Positions 42,207 to 51,852 of a stretch of 53,044 nt of DNA are shown one piece after another. The stretch is from Candidatus Eiseniibacteriota bacterium (GTDB lineage Bacteria > Eisenbacteria > RBG-16-71-46 > CAZEPH01): contig JBGATO010000022.1 of NCBI GenBank assembly GCA_044229145.1, forward strand, positions 1-53,044, written 5' to 3'. Both the position numbers and the translations under genes were made by a program. Every line of letters starts with the position of its first letter. Position 1 is the first letter of the stretch. Under the pieces are notes generated by a model. It had not been told where the DNA came from. It saw only the letters and a list, made by a program, of their open reading frames with translations, and did no database searches.

Positions 42207-42764
42207 ATGACTGTCCGTGTTGGTCTGCGCACCGCCAAGGTGGCGCTGGTGCTCTGCGTCGTCGCCGCGACGGCGGTCTTCGCCTCGCCCCGCCCGCACG
42301 CGCTGTCGAGCGTGCCGACCATCCCCGCCGCGTGGTCGGGCATCTGGTCGTACACCGACTCGACGTACGCGACGTGCACCGGAGGCGCTGTCACCGTCAC
42401 CACGGGTCTCGACACGCTGTGCATCGATGACACTTACTCGAGCGACGATACCGGTGGCCTCACCATGACGTGCGACGGCACCTTCGACGACAACAGCGCC
42501 ACGGTGACGTGTACGTACTCGGGGCCGCTCGTCACCGACTGCACGCTCACCTTCACCATCACCTCGACCGCGACGCGGACTGGCGACAGTTACGTCGAGA
42601 CGTCGCGCATCACCCAGGCGTTCACGCCGGAGCTGTGCGCCTTCATCGGCGACAGTTGCAAGATCGTGAATCGCCACGCGACGCGGATCGCGCAACAGCC
42701 GGCCACCTGCGCGACGCCGGCGCTCCCGGCCACGTGGGGACAACTGAAGGCGCTGTACCGCTAA
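42207..42764 (+). CDS. Cys/Thr-rich secreted protein with C-terminal PATWGQLKALYR motif
   Basis: AAGGAGG RBS; signal peptide; 8 Cys in the mature region; distinctive C-terminal motif. Confidence 0.8.
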   Translation: MTVRVGLRTAKVALVLCVVAATAVFASPRPHALSSVPTIPAAWSGIWSYTDSTYATCTGGAVTVTTGLDTLCIDDTYSSDDTGGLTMTCDGTFDDNSATVTCTYSGPLVTDCTLTFTITSTATRTGDSYVETSRITQAFTPELCAFIGDSCKIVNRHATRIAQQPATCATPALPATWGQLKALYR

Positions 42765-42853
42765 TCCGGCACGCGGGTAGCGGCGAAGGTGCCGCCGCCC
42801 GCGATGTCGCCTTCGGTCTACACGGCGCCGCCCCCAACGGCCACCCTGACGTT

Positions 42854-42891
42854 TTTCGACTCCTCGTTCAAATTTCGACCCGGCGTTGGAA
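42854..42891. promoter_or_regulatory. Two tandem 19-bp quasi-palindromic boxes, candidate TetR operators
   Basis: TTTCGACtcctCGTTcaAA followed directly by TTTCGACccggCGTTggAA. Confidence 0.55.
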
Positions 42892-42924
42892 TTCGCTCGC
42901 GTGTCGCTCCGAGGAGGTCCGCCG

Positions 42925-43629
42925 GTGTCCGTGTCGCGTCTCGCCGTTCGCCGTGCCGCCGCGCCCGAGCCGCATTCGGCGCACGTGCGGGAGAAGCGCG
43001 AACGCAAGCGGGCGGAGATCCTCCAGGCGGCGCTCCTCACCTTCCGCGCCAAGGGCTATCGCAACGCGACGCTCGACGACATCGCCGAGCGGCTCGGCAT
43101 GCGCAAGACCGCCCTCTACCACTACTTCCCCGACAAGCAGGCGATCCTGCACGAGTGCCACCGCGAGTCGCTCGCCGAACTGACGCGCATCATGCGCGAG
43201 GCGAAGGCGCAGCCGACCGCAGCGGCGCAGCTCGCCCACGTCATCCGCGAACACGTGCGGATGATGACCGACACGCTGGCGCTCTCGCCGCTCGCCTTCG
43301 AGATCACCGCACTGCCGTCCGCCGGAGAGGAACTGGCGATCGCCGGACGCGACCGCTACGAGCGCCAGTTGCGCCAGATCATCGAGCGCGGCATGCGTGA
43401 CGGCGAGTTCCGGCCGGGCGACGCCAAGCTCGCCACCTTCGTCGTGCTCGGCGCGGTCAACTGGATCGCGCGCTGGTACAAGCCAGAAGGCAGCCTGCAA
43501 GCGGCCGATCTCGGCGACGAGTTCGTCGCCCGCCTGCTCGATGGCTTGCGGGCCGCCTCCGCTCTCCCGGCTCGCCGCGCGGCGACGCGCGCCGGCCGTG
43601 TCGTTCGTCCCTCGGAGTCTGCGCGATGA
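42925..43629 (+). CDS. TetR/AcrR family regulator leading the benzoyl-CoA operon
   Basis: GAGGAGG RBS; IL.AA...F..KGY..ATLDDIA..LGM.K.ALYHYF.DK; C-terminal NWI.RWY.P.G; ATGA overlap with had. Confidence 0.92.
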   Translation: MSVSRLAVRRAAAPEPHSAHVREKRERKRAEILQAALLTFRAKGYRNATLDDIAERLGMRKTALYHYFPDKQAILHECHRESLAELTRIMREAKAQPTAAAQLAHVIREHVRMMTDTLALSPLAFEITALPSAGEELAIAGRDRYERQLRQIIERGMRDGEFRPGDAKLATFVVLGAVNWIARWYKPEGSLQAADLGDEFVARLLDGLRAASALPARRAATRAGRVVRPSESAR

Positions 43630-44681
43630 AAGCACTCACGCTTACCGCGGCCGGCGCGCCGCTCGCTCTGCTCGACGCTCCCCGGCCGGTGCCAGGCGAT
43701 GACGACGTGCTGGTGCAGGTGGCCGGCTGCGGCGTCTGCCACACCGACATCGGCTTCTGGAAGGACGGTGTGCCGACGCGCCATGCGCTGCCGCTGGTGC
43801 TCGGCCACGAGATCAGCGGCACGGTGGTGGACGCCGGCGCCGGGGCGCGCGAGTGGATCGGGCGCGAGGTCATCGTGCCGGCAGTGATTCCGTGCGGCAG
43901 CTGCGACCTGTGCACGAGCGGCCGCGGCAACGTCTGCCGCGCGCAGCTGATGCCGGGCAACGACATCGACGGCGGCTTCGCCGACTTCATCGCGGTGCCG
44001 TCGCGCGGTCTGTGCGCGGTGCCCGAGCGCGGCGGCTACGACCTCGCCGACCTGTCGGTCATCGCCGACGCGGTGACCACGCCGTATCAGGCGATCGTGC
44101 GCAGCGGCCTGCGCGCCGGCGAGCTGGCGATCGTGATCGGCGTCGGCGGCGTCGGCGCGTACGCGGTGCAGATCGCGGCGGCGGTCGGCGCGCAGGTGGT
44201 GGCGATCGACGTGCAGGACGCGCGGCTCGCGTTGCTCGCGCAGCACGGCGCCGGCCTCACGCTCAACAGCGCGAGCACCGATTTCAAATCGCTGCGCAAG
44301 CAGATCGCCGCGTTCGCCGCCGAGCGCGGCTGCGCGCCGCACGGCTGGAAGATCTTCGAATGCTCCGGCCACACGGCCGGCCAGGAAACCGCATACGGCC
44401 TGCTCACCCACGCGTCCACCTTGCTCGTCGTCGGCTTCACGCTCGGCAAGATCGAACTGCGGCTGTCGAACCTGATGGCGTTCGACGCCACGGTGCAGGG
44501 CACGTGGGGCTGCAAGCCGGAGCTGTACCCCGACGCATTGCGCTTGGTGACCGACGGCAAGATCGCGCTGTCGCCGTTCGTCGAGCGCTTCCCGTTGTCC
44601 GCGGGGCCCGAGGTCGTGCAGCGGGTGGCGGATCACCAGATCGAACGCCGGGCCATCTTGGTGCCCGGCGCGGTGTCGTAG
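43626..44681 (+). CDS. had: 6-hydroxycyclohex-1-ene-1-carbonyl-CoA dehydrogenase
   Basis: Zn-ADH motifs CGVCHTD, GHEISG, CxxCxxC; ADAVTTPYQA, WKIFECSG, LSNLMAF; gene context. Confidence 0.9.
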   Translation: MKALTLTAAGAPLALLDAPRPVPGDDDVLVQVAGCGVCHTDIGFWKDGVPTRHALPLVLGHEISGTVVDAGAGAREWIGREVIVPAVIPCGSCDLCTSGRGNVCRAQLMPGNDIDGGFADFIAVPSRGLCAVPERGGYDLADLSVIADAVTTPYQAIVRSGLRAGELAIVIGVGGVGAYAVQIAAAVGAQVVAIDVQDARLALLAQHGAGLTLNSASTDFKSLRKQIAAFAAERGCAPHGWKIFECSGHTAGQETAYGLLTHASTLLVVGFTLGKIELRLSNLMAFDATVQGTWGCKPELYPDALRLVTDGKIALSPFVERFPLSAGPEVVQRVADHQIERRAILVPGAVS

Positions 44682-44717
44682 CGCCGCCGAGCGGCGATCG
44701 CAGAGGAGATCGTGCAG

Positions 44718-45821
44718 ATGCTGAAGAGCCACACCTTGGTGCCCGACCCGCAGTACGCCTTGATCGGCTACGACCTGCGCCCGGCGCGCGATACCGCCGG
44801 CGCCGCGGTGGACGGATTGTTCAACGCCTGGATCACCATCGACAACCCGTCGCAGTACAACAGCTACACTACCGACACCATCAAGGAACTCATCCTCGCG
44901 TTCCGTCAGGCGAGCATGGATCGCAGCGTGGTCGCGGTGGTGTTCACGGCGGTCGGCGACAAGGCGTTCTGCACCGGCGGCAACACCAAGGAGTACGCCG
45001 AGTACTATGCGGGCAATCCGCAGGAGTACAAGCAGTACATGCGGCTCTTCAACGACATGATCGACGCGATCCTGCGCTGCGACAAGCCGGTGATCAACCG
45101 CGTCAACGGCATGCGCATCGGCGGCGGGCAGGAGATCGGCATGGCGTGCGACTTCTCGATCGCCGCCGACACTGCGACGTTCGGCCAGGCCGGCCCGCGC
45201 CACGGCTCGGCGCCGGACGGTGGCTCCACCGACTTCTTGCCGCTCTACGTGGGCTTCGGCCCGGCGATGGAGTCGATCGTGCTGTGCGAGCAGTGGAGCG
45301 CGCACAAGGCGAAGCGCATCGGCCTCATCAACGAGATCGTGCCGGTGCTCATGATCGACGGCGCGTGGATTCCGAATCCGTGGGTGGTGACCGATCGCTA
45401 CCTCGACGAGTTCGGCAACGTGGTGCACGGCGAGTTCAAGACCGGCGCGGCGCGCGACGAGGCGAAGGCGCTCGCGGCGCGCGCCACCGTCGACCACTCA
45501 CGGCTCGACGCCGCGGTGGACGCGCTCTGCACCAAGCTCCTCATGCTGATGCCGGACTGCGTGTCGAAGAGCGTCAACTCGCTGCGCAAGCACAAGCAGT
45601 GGCACTGGGACAACACCAGCGTGTCGAACCGCGAGTGGCTCGCCCTCAACATGATGACCGAGGGACGCGCTGGCTTCCGCGCCTTCAACGAAGGGCCGAA
45701 GAACAACCGCGAGGTCGACTTCATCAAGCTGCGTCAACTGCTCGCGCAGGGACACCCGTGGGACGACGAGTTGTTGCGCGCGGTGTCGCCGCAGTTCCAG
45801 ACGGCGGCGGCGGAGCGCTAG
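44718..45821 (+). CDS. oah: 6-oxocyclohex-1-ene-1-carbonyl-CoA hydrolase (alternative start GTG 44712)
   Basis: DNP.QYNSYTT, FCTGGNTKEYAEYY, VNGMRIGGGQEIGMACD, GPRHGSAP.GG.TDFLP, WLALNM. Confidence 0.95.
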   Translation: MLKSHTLVPDPQYALIGYDLRPARDTAGAAVDGLFNAWITIDNPSQYNSYTTDTIKELILAFRQASMDRSVVAVVFTAVGDKAFCTGGNTKEYAEYYAGNPQEYKQYMRLFNDMIDAILRCDKPVINRVNGMRIGGGQEIGMACDFSIAADTATFGQAGPRHGSAPDGGSTDFLPLYVGFGPAMESIVLCEQWSAHKAKRIGLINEIVPVLMIDGAWIPNPWVVTDRYLDEFGNVVHGEFKTGAARDEAKALAARATVDHSRLDAAVDALCTKLLMLMPDCVSKSVNSLRKHKQWHWDNTSVSNREWLALNMMTEGRAGFRAFNEGPKNNREVDFIKLRQLLAQGHPWDDELLRAVSPQFQTAAAER

Positions 45822-45825
45822 AGCG

Positions 45826-46566
45826 ATGCAGCTCGACCTCGACGGACGGGTGGCGTTGGTGACCGGCGCGGCCGCCGGCATCGGCGCGGCGATCGCGCGC
45901 GGCCTCGCGTCGGAAGGCTGCGACATCGCGATCGTCGACCGCGGCGCGGCGCTGGCGACGGAGGCTGCCGTTGCCGCGCTGGGCCGGCGGTCACTCACCG
46001 TGGAGGCCGACGTGCGCGACGGCGACGCGGCGCGCGACGCGGTCGGGCGCTGCCTCGCCGAACTCGGACGTCTCGACATCTTGGTGTGCAACGCCGGCAT
46101 CACCGCCGACGCGACGCTCGCCAAGATGACCGACGCGCAGTGGGACGACGTGCTCGACGTCAACTTGCGCGGCTGCTTCGTCTACAACCGCGCGGTGGCG
46201 GCGCACTTCAAGCAGCAAGGCGACGGGCGCATCGTCAACGTTGCCTCGATCAACGGCCTGCGCGGCAAGTTCGCGCAAGCCAACTACGCGGCATCGAAGG
46301 GCGGCGTCATCGCCCTGACCAAGACCGTCGCGCGCGAACTCGGCAAGTACGGCGTCACCGCCAACGTGCTGGCGCCGGGCATGGTGCTCACCGAGATGGC
46401 ACAGGCGTTGGCGCCGGAGTTCCTCGACAAGGCGATCGCGGAGACGGCACTCGGCCGGCTCGCCTCGCCCGAGGACTGCGCCGACGCGGTGGTGTTCCTC
46501 TGTTCCTCGCGCGCCCGGCACATCACCGGGCACGTGCTCCAGGTCGACGGCGGCCAGTACATGTGA
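45826..46566 (+). CDS. FabG-like short-chain dehydrogenase (3-hydroxyacyl-CoA/3-oxoacyl reductase type)
   Basis: TGAAAGIG, CNAGI, NYAASKGG, ITG.VLQVDGG. Confidence 0.85.
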   Translation: MQLDLDGRVALVTGAAAGIGAAIARGLASEGCDIAIVDRGAALATEAAVAALGRRSLTVEADVRDGDAARDAVGRCLAELGRLDILVCNAGITADATLAKMTDAQWDDVLDVNLRGCFVYNRAVAAHFKQQGDGRIVNVASINGLRGKFAQANYAASKGGVIALTKTVARELGKYGVTANVLAPGMVLTEMAQALAPEFLDKAIAETALGRLASPEDCADAVVFLCSSRARHITGHVLQVDGGQYM

Positions 46567-46601
46567 CGCGGTTCGCGCGTCCGCTTCCGCAAGGAGTCCG
46601 C

Positions 46602-47360
46602 ATGGCAGTGCGCACCACCATCGCCGAGGGCTGCGCCACGCTCACCCTCGACAATCCGCCGCTCAACATCCTGACGCAGGCGGTGCTCGCCGAACTGCGC
46701 GACGCGCTGGCCGCGCTCGCCGGACGCGACGACGTGCGCGTCGTGGTGCTCGGCGCCGCGGGCAAGCACTTCAGCGCCGGCGCCGATGTCGGTGAACACC
46801 TGCCGCCGCTGTATCGCGATCTCATCCCCGGCTTCCTGACCACGGTGCGCGCGCTGGCGGAGTTTCCGCAGCCGGTGATAGCCGCGGTGCGCGGCCGCTG
46901 CCTCGGCGGCGGCTTCGAGCTGGCGATGGGTGCGGATCTGCTCGTCGCCGGCGAGGGCGCGGTGTTCGGGCAGCCGGAGATCGTGCTCGGCGTGACGCCG
47001 CCGGTGGCGTGCGCGCTGTTGCCGACGCTGTGCGGCCCCTCGCTCGCGGCGGAACTCGTGCTCACCGGCGATCCGATCGACGCACGGCGCGCCGCCGCCG
47101 CCGGACTCGTCGCGCAGGTGGTGCCGGACGACGAGGTCGACACCGCCGCCGCCGCGTTCGCCGGGCGCATGACGCGCCACAGCGGCGCGGCGCTGCGGCT
47201 CACAAAGAAGACGCTCGGCCTCGGCCGCGCGGCACAACGCGCCGACACGCTCGCCGCCGCCGGCGCGCTGTACGTCGACGAACTCATGGAGACGGCGGAC
47301 GCCGTCGAAGGCCTGCAGGCGTTCCTGGAGAAGAGGAAGCCCCAATGGACGCACCGATGA
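46602..47360 (+). CDS. dch: Cyclohexa-1,5-dienecarbonyl-CoA hydratase (crotonase family)
   Basis: AAGGAG RBS; PPLNIL, HFSAGADVGEH, G.CLGGG.EL, GQPEI.LGV; gene context. Confidence 0.82.
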   Translation: MAVRTTIAEGCATLTLDNPPLNILTQAVLAELRDALAALAGRDDVRVVVLGAAGKHFSAGADVGEHLPPLYRDLIPGFLTTVRALAEFPQPVIAAVRGRCLGGGFELAMGADLLVAGEGAVFGQPEIVLGVTPPVACALLPTLCGPSLAAELVLTGDPIDARRAAAAGLVAQVVPDDEVDTAAAAFAGRMTRHSGAALRLTKKTLGLGRAAQRADTLAAAGALYVDELMETADAVEGLQAFLEKRKPQWTHR

Positions 47361-48520
47361 CCACCGTCTTCCCCGAGTGGCAGGACAAGCCGCTCGACGA
47401 AATGCTCTACCAGTGCCGCGAGCTGCTCGAGGATCCGACGTTTCCGACCGTGGCGCGCTGGCGCGCCGCCGGCGGCAAGCTCCTCGGCCACTTCCAAGTC
47501 TACTTCCCCGAGGAACTCGCGCACGCCGCCGGCATGCTGCCGGTGAAGTTGCGCGGCGCGCCGCTCGAACCGACACGCGCCGACTCGCACTTCGGCTCGT
47601 ACCTGTGCTCGATCGTCAAGACGTCGCTCGAGATCGCGCTCAACGGCAGCGTGCGGCCGGACATGTTCGTGACGCATCCGATCTGCGACGCCGCGCGCAA
47701 CCTGGCCGGCGTGTGGGGACGCAACTTCGACTTCCCGTGCGAGATCCTCTACTTGCCGCAGAACGCCAACTCGGCGGCCACTACCGACTATCTGCGCGGC
47801 GAGTACGCGCGGCTGCTCGGACAAATCGAGAGCGTCAGCGGCCGCACGGTCCGCGAGGACGATCTGCGCTACTCGCTCGCGGTGTTCAACGAGAACCGCG
47901 CGCTGTTGCGGCGGCTCTACGCGATCAAGCGCGACACGCCTTGGAAGATCGCGGCCGAGGACGCCTACGCGCTGATGGCGGTGGGCACGATGATTCCGCG
48001 TGAGGAGCACAACGCGCTGTTGCATGCCGCGCTGCCGCTGGTGGAGGCCACCGCCGGTCGCGTGCAGGACCGCATCCGCATTGTGTTCGAGGGCGGCTTC
48101 TGCGAGCAGCCGCCGCTCGACCTCATTCGCGCTATCGGCCGCAGCTGCTACATGGTGGACGACGACCTGTTGATCGGCGTGCGCTGGATCACCGCGGACG
48201 TGCCGGTGGACGGCGACCCGCTGCGCGCGCTGGCCTACGCCTACACCGAGACGTCGTCCTACAGCCCGGTGCAGCACGACAACCGCAAGCCGAAGGAGAA
48301 GATGCTGCTCGAGCGCATCGCACGCGCCGACGCCCGCGCCGCCGTCATCACCGCGGCGAAGATGTGCGAGCCCGGCCTCGAGGAGCAAGTCGGCTACACC
48401 CACGCGCTCGACGAACACGCGATTCCCTACTTCGTCAGCGAGTTCGAAGAGAACATGACGAGCTACGACCAGCTGGCGATCCAGCTCGAGACGTTCGTCG
48501 AAAACCTCATCTTCGTGTAG
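47357..48520 (+). CDS. bcrC: Class I benzoyl-CoA reductase BcrC/MbrN-like subunit
   Basis: HgdB/FldC-type family; Cys motifs SYLCSI, PICDAARNL.G.W, KMCEP; G.FCEQPPL. Confidence 0.85.
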   Translation: MTTVFPEWQDKPLDEMLYQCRELLEDPTFPTVARWRAAGGKLLGHFQVYFPEELAHAAGMLPVKLRGAPLEPTRADSHFGSYLCSIVKTSLEIALNGSVRPDMFVTHPICDAARNLAGVWGRNFDFPCEILYLPQNANSAATTDYLRGEYARLLGQIESVSGRTVREDDLRYSLAVFNENRALLRRLYAIKRDTPWKIAAEDAYALMAVGTMIPREEHNALLHAALPLVEATAGRVQDRIRIVFEGGFCEQPPLDLIRAIGRSCYMVDDDLLIGVRWITADVPVDGDPLRALAYAYTETSSYSPVQHDNRKPKEKMLLERIARADARAAVITAAKMCEPGLEEQVGYTHALDEHAIPYFVSEFEENMTSYDQLAIQLETFVENLIFV

Positions 48521-48532
48521 GAGGCCACGGCC

Positions 48533-49834
48533 ATGACGCCACAAGAGTTGCACGAGAAGTTGGTCGGCCGCGGCAACAAGGAAGGCGCGCGGCTGTTCCG
48601 CGAGTGGTTCGACGATCTGACCGTCGCCGCCAACGAAAACCGCGGCGGCGCGTACGTGTTCGTCATGGGATCGCTCGGCGAACTGCTGCGCGTGTTCGAC
48701 CTGCCGATCGTGCTGCCCGAGATCAATTCGCTGCAGACCGCGGTGCGGCGCGCGGCGCCCGAGTACTTGAACGAGGCCGAGGACTACGGCTACTCACCCG
48801 ACATCTGCGGCTACGTGAAGGCCGACGTCGCCACGCAGATGCGCGGCGGCGAGCTGCCGATGGGCCGCGTGCCGAAGCCGGCGATCGCCGTCTACACCAA
48901 CGCCTGCAACACGTACATCAAGTGGGGCGAGATCTGGGAGCGCATGTACGGCTGCCCGATCGTCACGCTCGACGTGCCGGGCAACCGCTCGGCCGCCGCG
49001 TTTACCGGCCCCGGCGATCCGGTGTTCGAGCACGACCGCAAGTATGTCGCCGCGCAGCTGCGCGAGCTGATTCCGCTGCTCGAAAAGGTGAGCGGCAAGA
49101 AGTTCGACATCGATAAGCTGCGCGAGAACCTCGCGCACGCCAACTCGATGAACCGCGACTGGCAGCGCGTGCTTGAACTCAATCGCGCGACGCCGGCGCC
49201 GTTCAACGCGCTGAGCGACGGCACCATCTTCCTCGGCGTGGCGAACGCGCTGCGCGGCAGTGCGCTCGGCGCGCAGTACTTTCAGGAACTCGTCGAGGAG
49301 ATGGAGTTCAAGGTGCTGCACCGGATCGGGACGCTCAGCGAGGAACAGTATCGCCTGCTGTTCGTCGGCGTGCCGTGCTATCCGATCTTCCGGCGCTTCA
49401 ACGAGATGTTCACCGAACTCGGCGGCGCCTTCGTCAACTCGACATACTTGTGGTTTGCGTCGGGCGGCGCGAACACCGGCTTCCAATGCCGGCTCGACGA
49501 TCCCATCGAAGGACTCGCCGAAGGGCTGCTGGTCGGGATGCGCGACTCGATGGACTCGATGTTCTTCCACACCGCGCCGCTGTTGCAGATGTACCGCGAC
49601 TACGGCGCCGACGGCGTCGTCTACCACCCGATCAAGAGCTGCCGCACGGTGTCCACCGGCTTGGCCGACAGCCGCCGTGCGTTGATGGCGGCGCACGACG
49701 TCGCGTCGCTCTTCATCGAGTCGGACATGATGGACCGCCGCGTGGTGAGCGAGGCGCAGCTGAAGAACCGCATCGACGCGTTCTTCGAGGGATTGGCCAC
49801 CCGCCGCCAGCAAGCGGCGATCGCCGCGGGCTAA
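48533..49834 (+). CDS. bcrB: Class I benzoyl-CoA reductase BcrB/MbrO-like subunit
   Basis: [41 protein letters not shown]. Confidence 0.85.
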   Translation: MTPQELHEKLVGRGNKEGARLFREWFDDLTVAANENRGGAYVFVMGSLGELLRVFDLPIVLPEINSLQTAVRRAAPEYLNEAEDYGYSPDICGYVKADVATQMRGGELPMGRVPKPAIAVYTNACNTYIKWGEIWERMYGCPIVTLDVPGNRSAAAFTGPGDPVFEHDRKYVAAQLRELIPLLEKVSGKKFDIDKLRENLAHANSMNRDWQRVLELNRATPAPFNALSDGTIFLGVANALRGSALGAQYFQELVEEMEFKVLHRIGTLSEEQYRLLFVGVPCYPIFRRFNEMFTELGGAFVNSTYLWFASGGANTGFQCRLDDPIEGLAEGLLVGMRDSMDSMFFHTAPLLQMYRDYGADGVVYHPIKSCRTVSTGLADSRRALMAAHDVASLFIESDMMDRRVVSEAQLKNRIDAFFEGLATRRQQAAIAAG

Positions 49835-49856
49835 CCGCGCAGGAGGCGGACAGACA

Positions 49857-50672
49857 ATGGCATACGCAGCGGGCGTGGACGTCGGGTCCACGATGACCAA
49901 GGCGGTGATCGTCGACGAGGAGAAGCGCATCGTCGGCCGGTCGCTGACCGACACCGGCGCCAACGTGATCCAGGCCGCCGAGACCGCGTTTCAGATGGCC
50001 CTGCGCGACGGCGGCATCGGCGAGGAAGAGGTCGAATACGTCGTCGGCACCGGCTACGGGCGCTACAAGGTCACCTTCGGCAACTCGCAGGTGACCGAGA
50101 TCAGCTGCCACGGCCGCGGCGCCGTGCAGATGTTCCCGCAGACGCGCACCGTCGTCGACATGGGCGGCCAGGACACCAAGGCGATCCGCGTGGCGCCGTC
50201 GGGCGAGATCCTCGACTTCTGCATGAACGACAAGTGCGCCGCCGGCACCGGCCGTTTCCTCGGCGCCGCGGCGAGCGCTTTGCAGATTCCGCTCGACGAG
50301 CTCGGGTCAAAGTCGCTAGCCGGCGAGCGGCCGGTGAAGATTTCGACGACGTGCACCGTGTTCGCCGAGAGCGAAGTGCTGTCGTGGCTCGGCAAGGGCA
50401 AGAAGATCGAGGACATCCTGCTCGGCGTGCACCAGTCGATCGCCGTGCGGTCTGTCGGATTGCTGCGACGCGTCGGCATCGAGGACCAGGTGACGTTCAC
50501 CGGCGGCGTCGCGCGCAACACGGCCATGATCGCGGCGCTCAACGAGAAGCTCGGCATGCAGGTGAACGTCAGCGAGGACTCGCACTACATGGGCGCGCTC
50601 GGCGCCGCGTTGTTCGCGCTCGACCACATTCTCGCCGGCCGCGTGCCGGCGTCGTCACGGCGGGGGGCATGA
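49857..50672 (+). CDS. bcrA: Benzoyl-CoA reductase ATPase (activase) subunit, short BzdQ/MbrQ/BcrA-like
   Basis: [52 protein letters not shown]. Confidence 0.8.
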   Translation: MAYAAGVDVGSTMTKAVIVDEEKRIVGRSLTDTGANVIQAAETAFQMALRDGGIGEEEVEYVVGTGYGRYKVTFGNSQVTEISCHGRGAVQMFPQTRTVVDMGGQDTKAIRVAPSGEILDFCMNDKCAAGTGRFLGAAASALQIPLDELGSKSLAGERPVKISTTCTVFAESEVLSWLGKGKKIEDILLGVHQSIAVRSVGLLRRVGIEDQVTFTGGVARNTAMIAALNEKLGMQVNVSEDSHYMGALGAALFALDHILAGRVPASSRRGA

Positions 50673-51514
50673 TGCGCTACACGGCAGGCATCGACATCGG
50701 CTCGACCTACACCAAGGCGGTGGTGATCGACGACGCGCGGCGCATCGCCGGCCGCGCGATGTTCCCCACCGGCTTCCAGCTGGCCGCGGTGGCGCGCCAA
50801 GCGTACGAGGCCGCGCTCGCCGCCGCGCACATCGCCGAGAGCGACATCGCCTACACCGTCGCCACCGGCAGCGGCCGGCACCAGGCCGCGTTCGTCGACC
50901 TGCAGGTCACCGACCTCACCGCCGCCGCGCGCGGCGCGAGCGCGCTGTTCCCCGGCACGCGCACCATCCTCGACGTCGGCGGCCAGACGATGAAGGCGAG
51001 CGGCCTCGGCGAAGGCGCCCGCGTGCAGTCGTTCCGCTTGAACGACAAGTGCGCCGCCGGCACCGGCGCCTTCCTCGAGAAGACCGCGCGCTACATGGGA
51101 TTCTCGACCGAGGAGATCGGCCCGCTGGTCGCGACTTCGCACGAGCCGGTGGCGATCTCCGGCGTGTGCGCCGTGTTCGCCGAGTCCGAGGTGATCAACC
51201 AGCTCTCGCAGGGCGCCGCGCCGTCGGACATCATGTACGGGGCGATCGTGTCGCTGGTCGGCCGCTCGGTGCAGTTGATGAAGCGCGTGAAGCCCGAGCC
51301 CGAGTACACGCTGATCGGCGGCATCCTGCGCTTCGAGACGATGGCGCGCGAGATTCGCCGCGAGTTGAAGGCGGACGTCAACGTGCCCGAGGGCGATCTG
51401 GTGCAGTTCGTCGCGGCGTACGGCGCGGCGATCTTGGCCGGGCGCCGGTTGGAACAGTTGGGCGCCGACGCGGTGGCCGCGGCGCGTCAGCAGAAGGTGG
51501 CGACGGCGTCGTGA
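50669..51514 (+). CDS. bcrD: Benzoyl-CoA reductase ATPase (activase) subunit, BzdP/MbrP/BcrD-like
   Basis: [47 protein letters not shown] overlap. Confidence 0.8.
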   Translation: MMRYTAGIDIGSTYTKAVVIDDARRIAGRAMFPTGFQLAAVARQAYEAALAAAHIAESDIAYTVATGSGRHQAAFVDLQVTDLTAAARGASALFPGTRTILDVGGQTMKASGLGEGARVQSFRLNDKCAAGTGAFLEKTARYMGFSTEEIGPLVATSHEPVAISGVCAVFAESEVINQLSQGAAPSDIMYGAIVSLVGRSVQLMKRVKPEPEYTLIGGILRFETMAREIRRELKADVNVPEGDLVQFVAAYGAAILAGRRLEQLGADAVAAARQQKVATAS

Positions 51515-51852
51515 GCGACGCGACGCCTCCGCGCGGCCCGCGGGTGCCGCCTCCTTCGCCCGGTGCGAAGGAGGTGGCGCCGCTGCGCTACATCGTCGAA
51601 GCCGAGGCGCGGCGCGTGTTGTCCGAGGCGCAGGTCGAGGCGGATCCGGCGCGAATCGCTGACGGCTGGGAGCGGCGGTTCATCGCCGACGGCCCGCGCG
51701 TGGCGGAGATGGTGGCGTTGTACGAGTCGCTTGGGTATGAGGTCGTCGCCGATCCGATTCGCGCGGAGCAACTCGACGACGAGTGCGTGGATTGCCAGGT
51801 GTTGATGCAGTTGGCGTTTCCGCCCTCGCCGCGTCTCAGCCTGCCGCGTTGA
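51511..51852 (+). CDS. Small conserved-looking CxxC protein coupled to the reductase operon; C-terminus possibly replaced
   Basis: GTGA overlap with the previous stop; GWERRF...R..E...LYESLGYEV...ECVDC. Confidence 0.7.
   Translation: MSDATPPRGPRVPPPSPGAKEVAPLRYIVEAEARRVLSEAQVEADPARIADGWERRFIADGPRVAEMVALYESLGYEVVADPIRAEQLDDECVDCQVLMQLAFPPSPRLSLPR

Noticed and set aside
47357..51514. 2-hydroxyacyl-CoA dehydratase plus activator (amino acid fermentation)
   Set aside because: Two distinct ATPase subunits and the adjacent had/oah/dch genes point to an aryl-CoA reductase.
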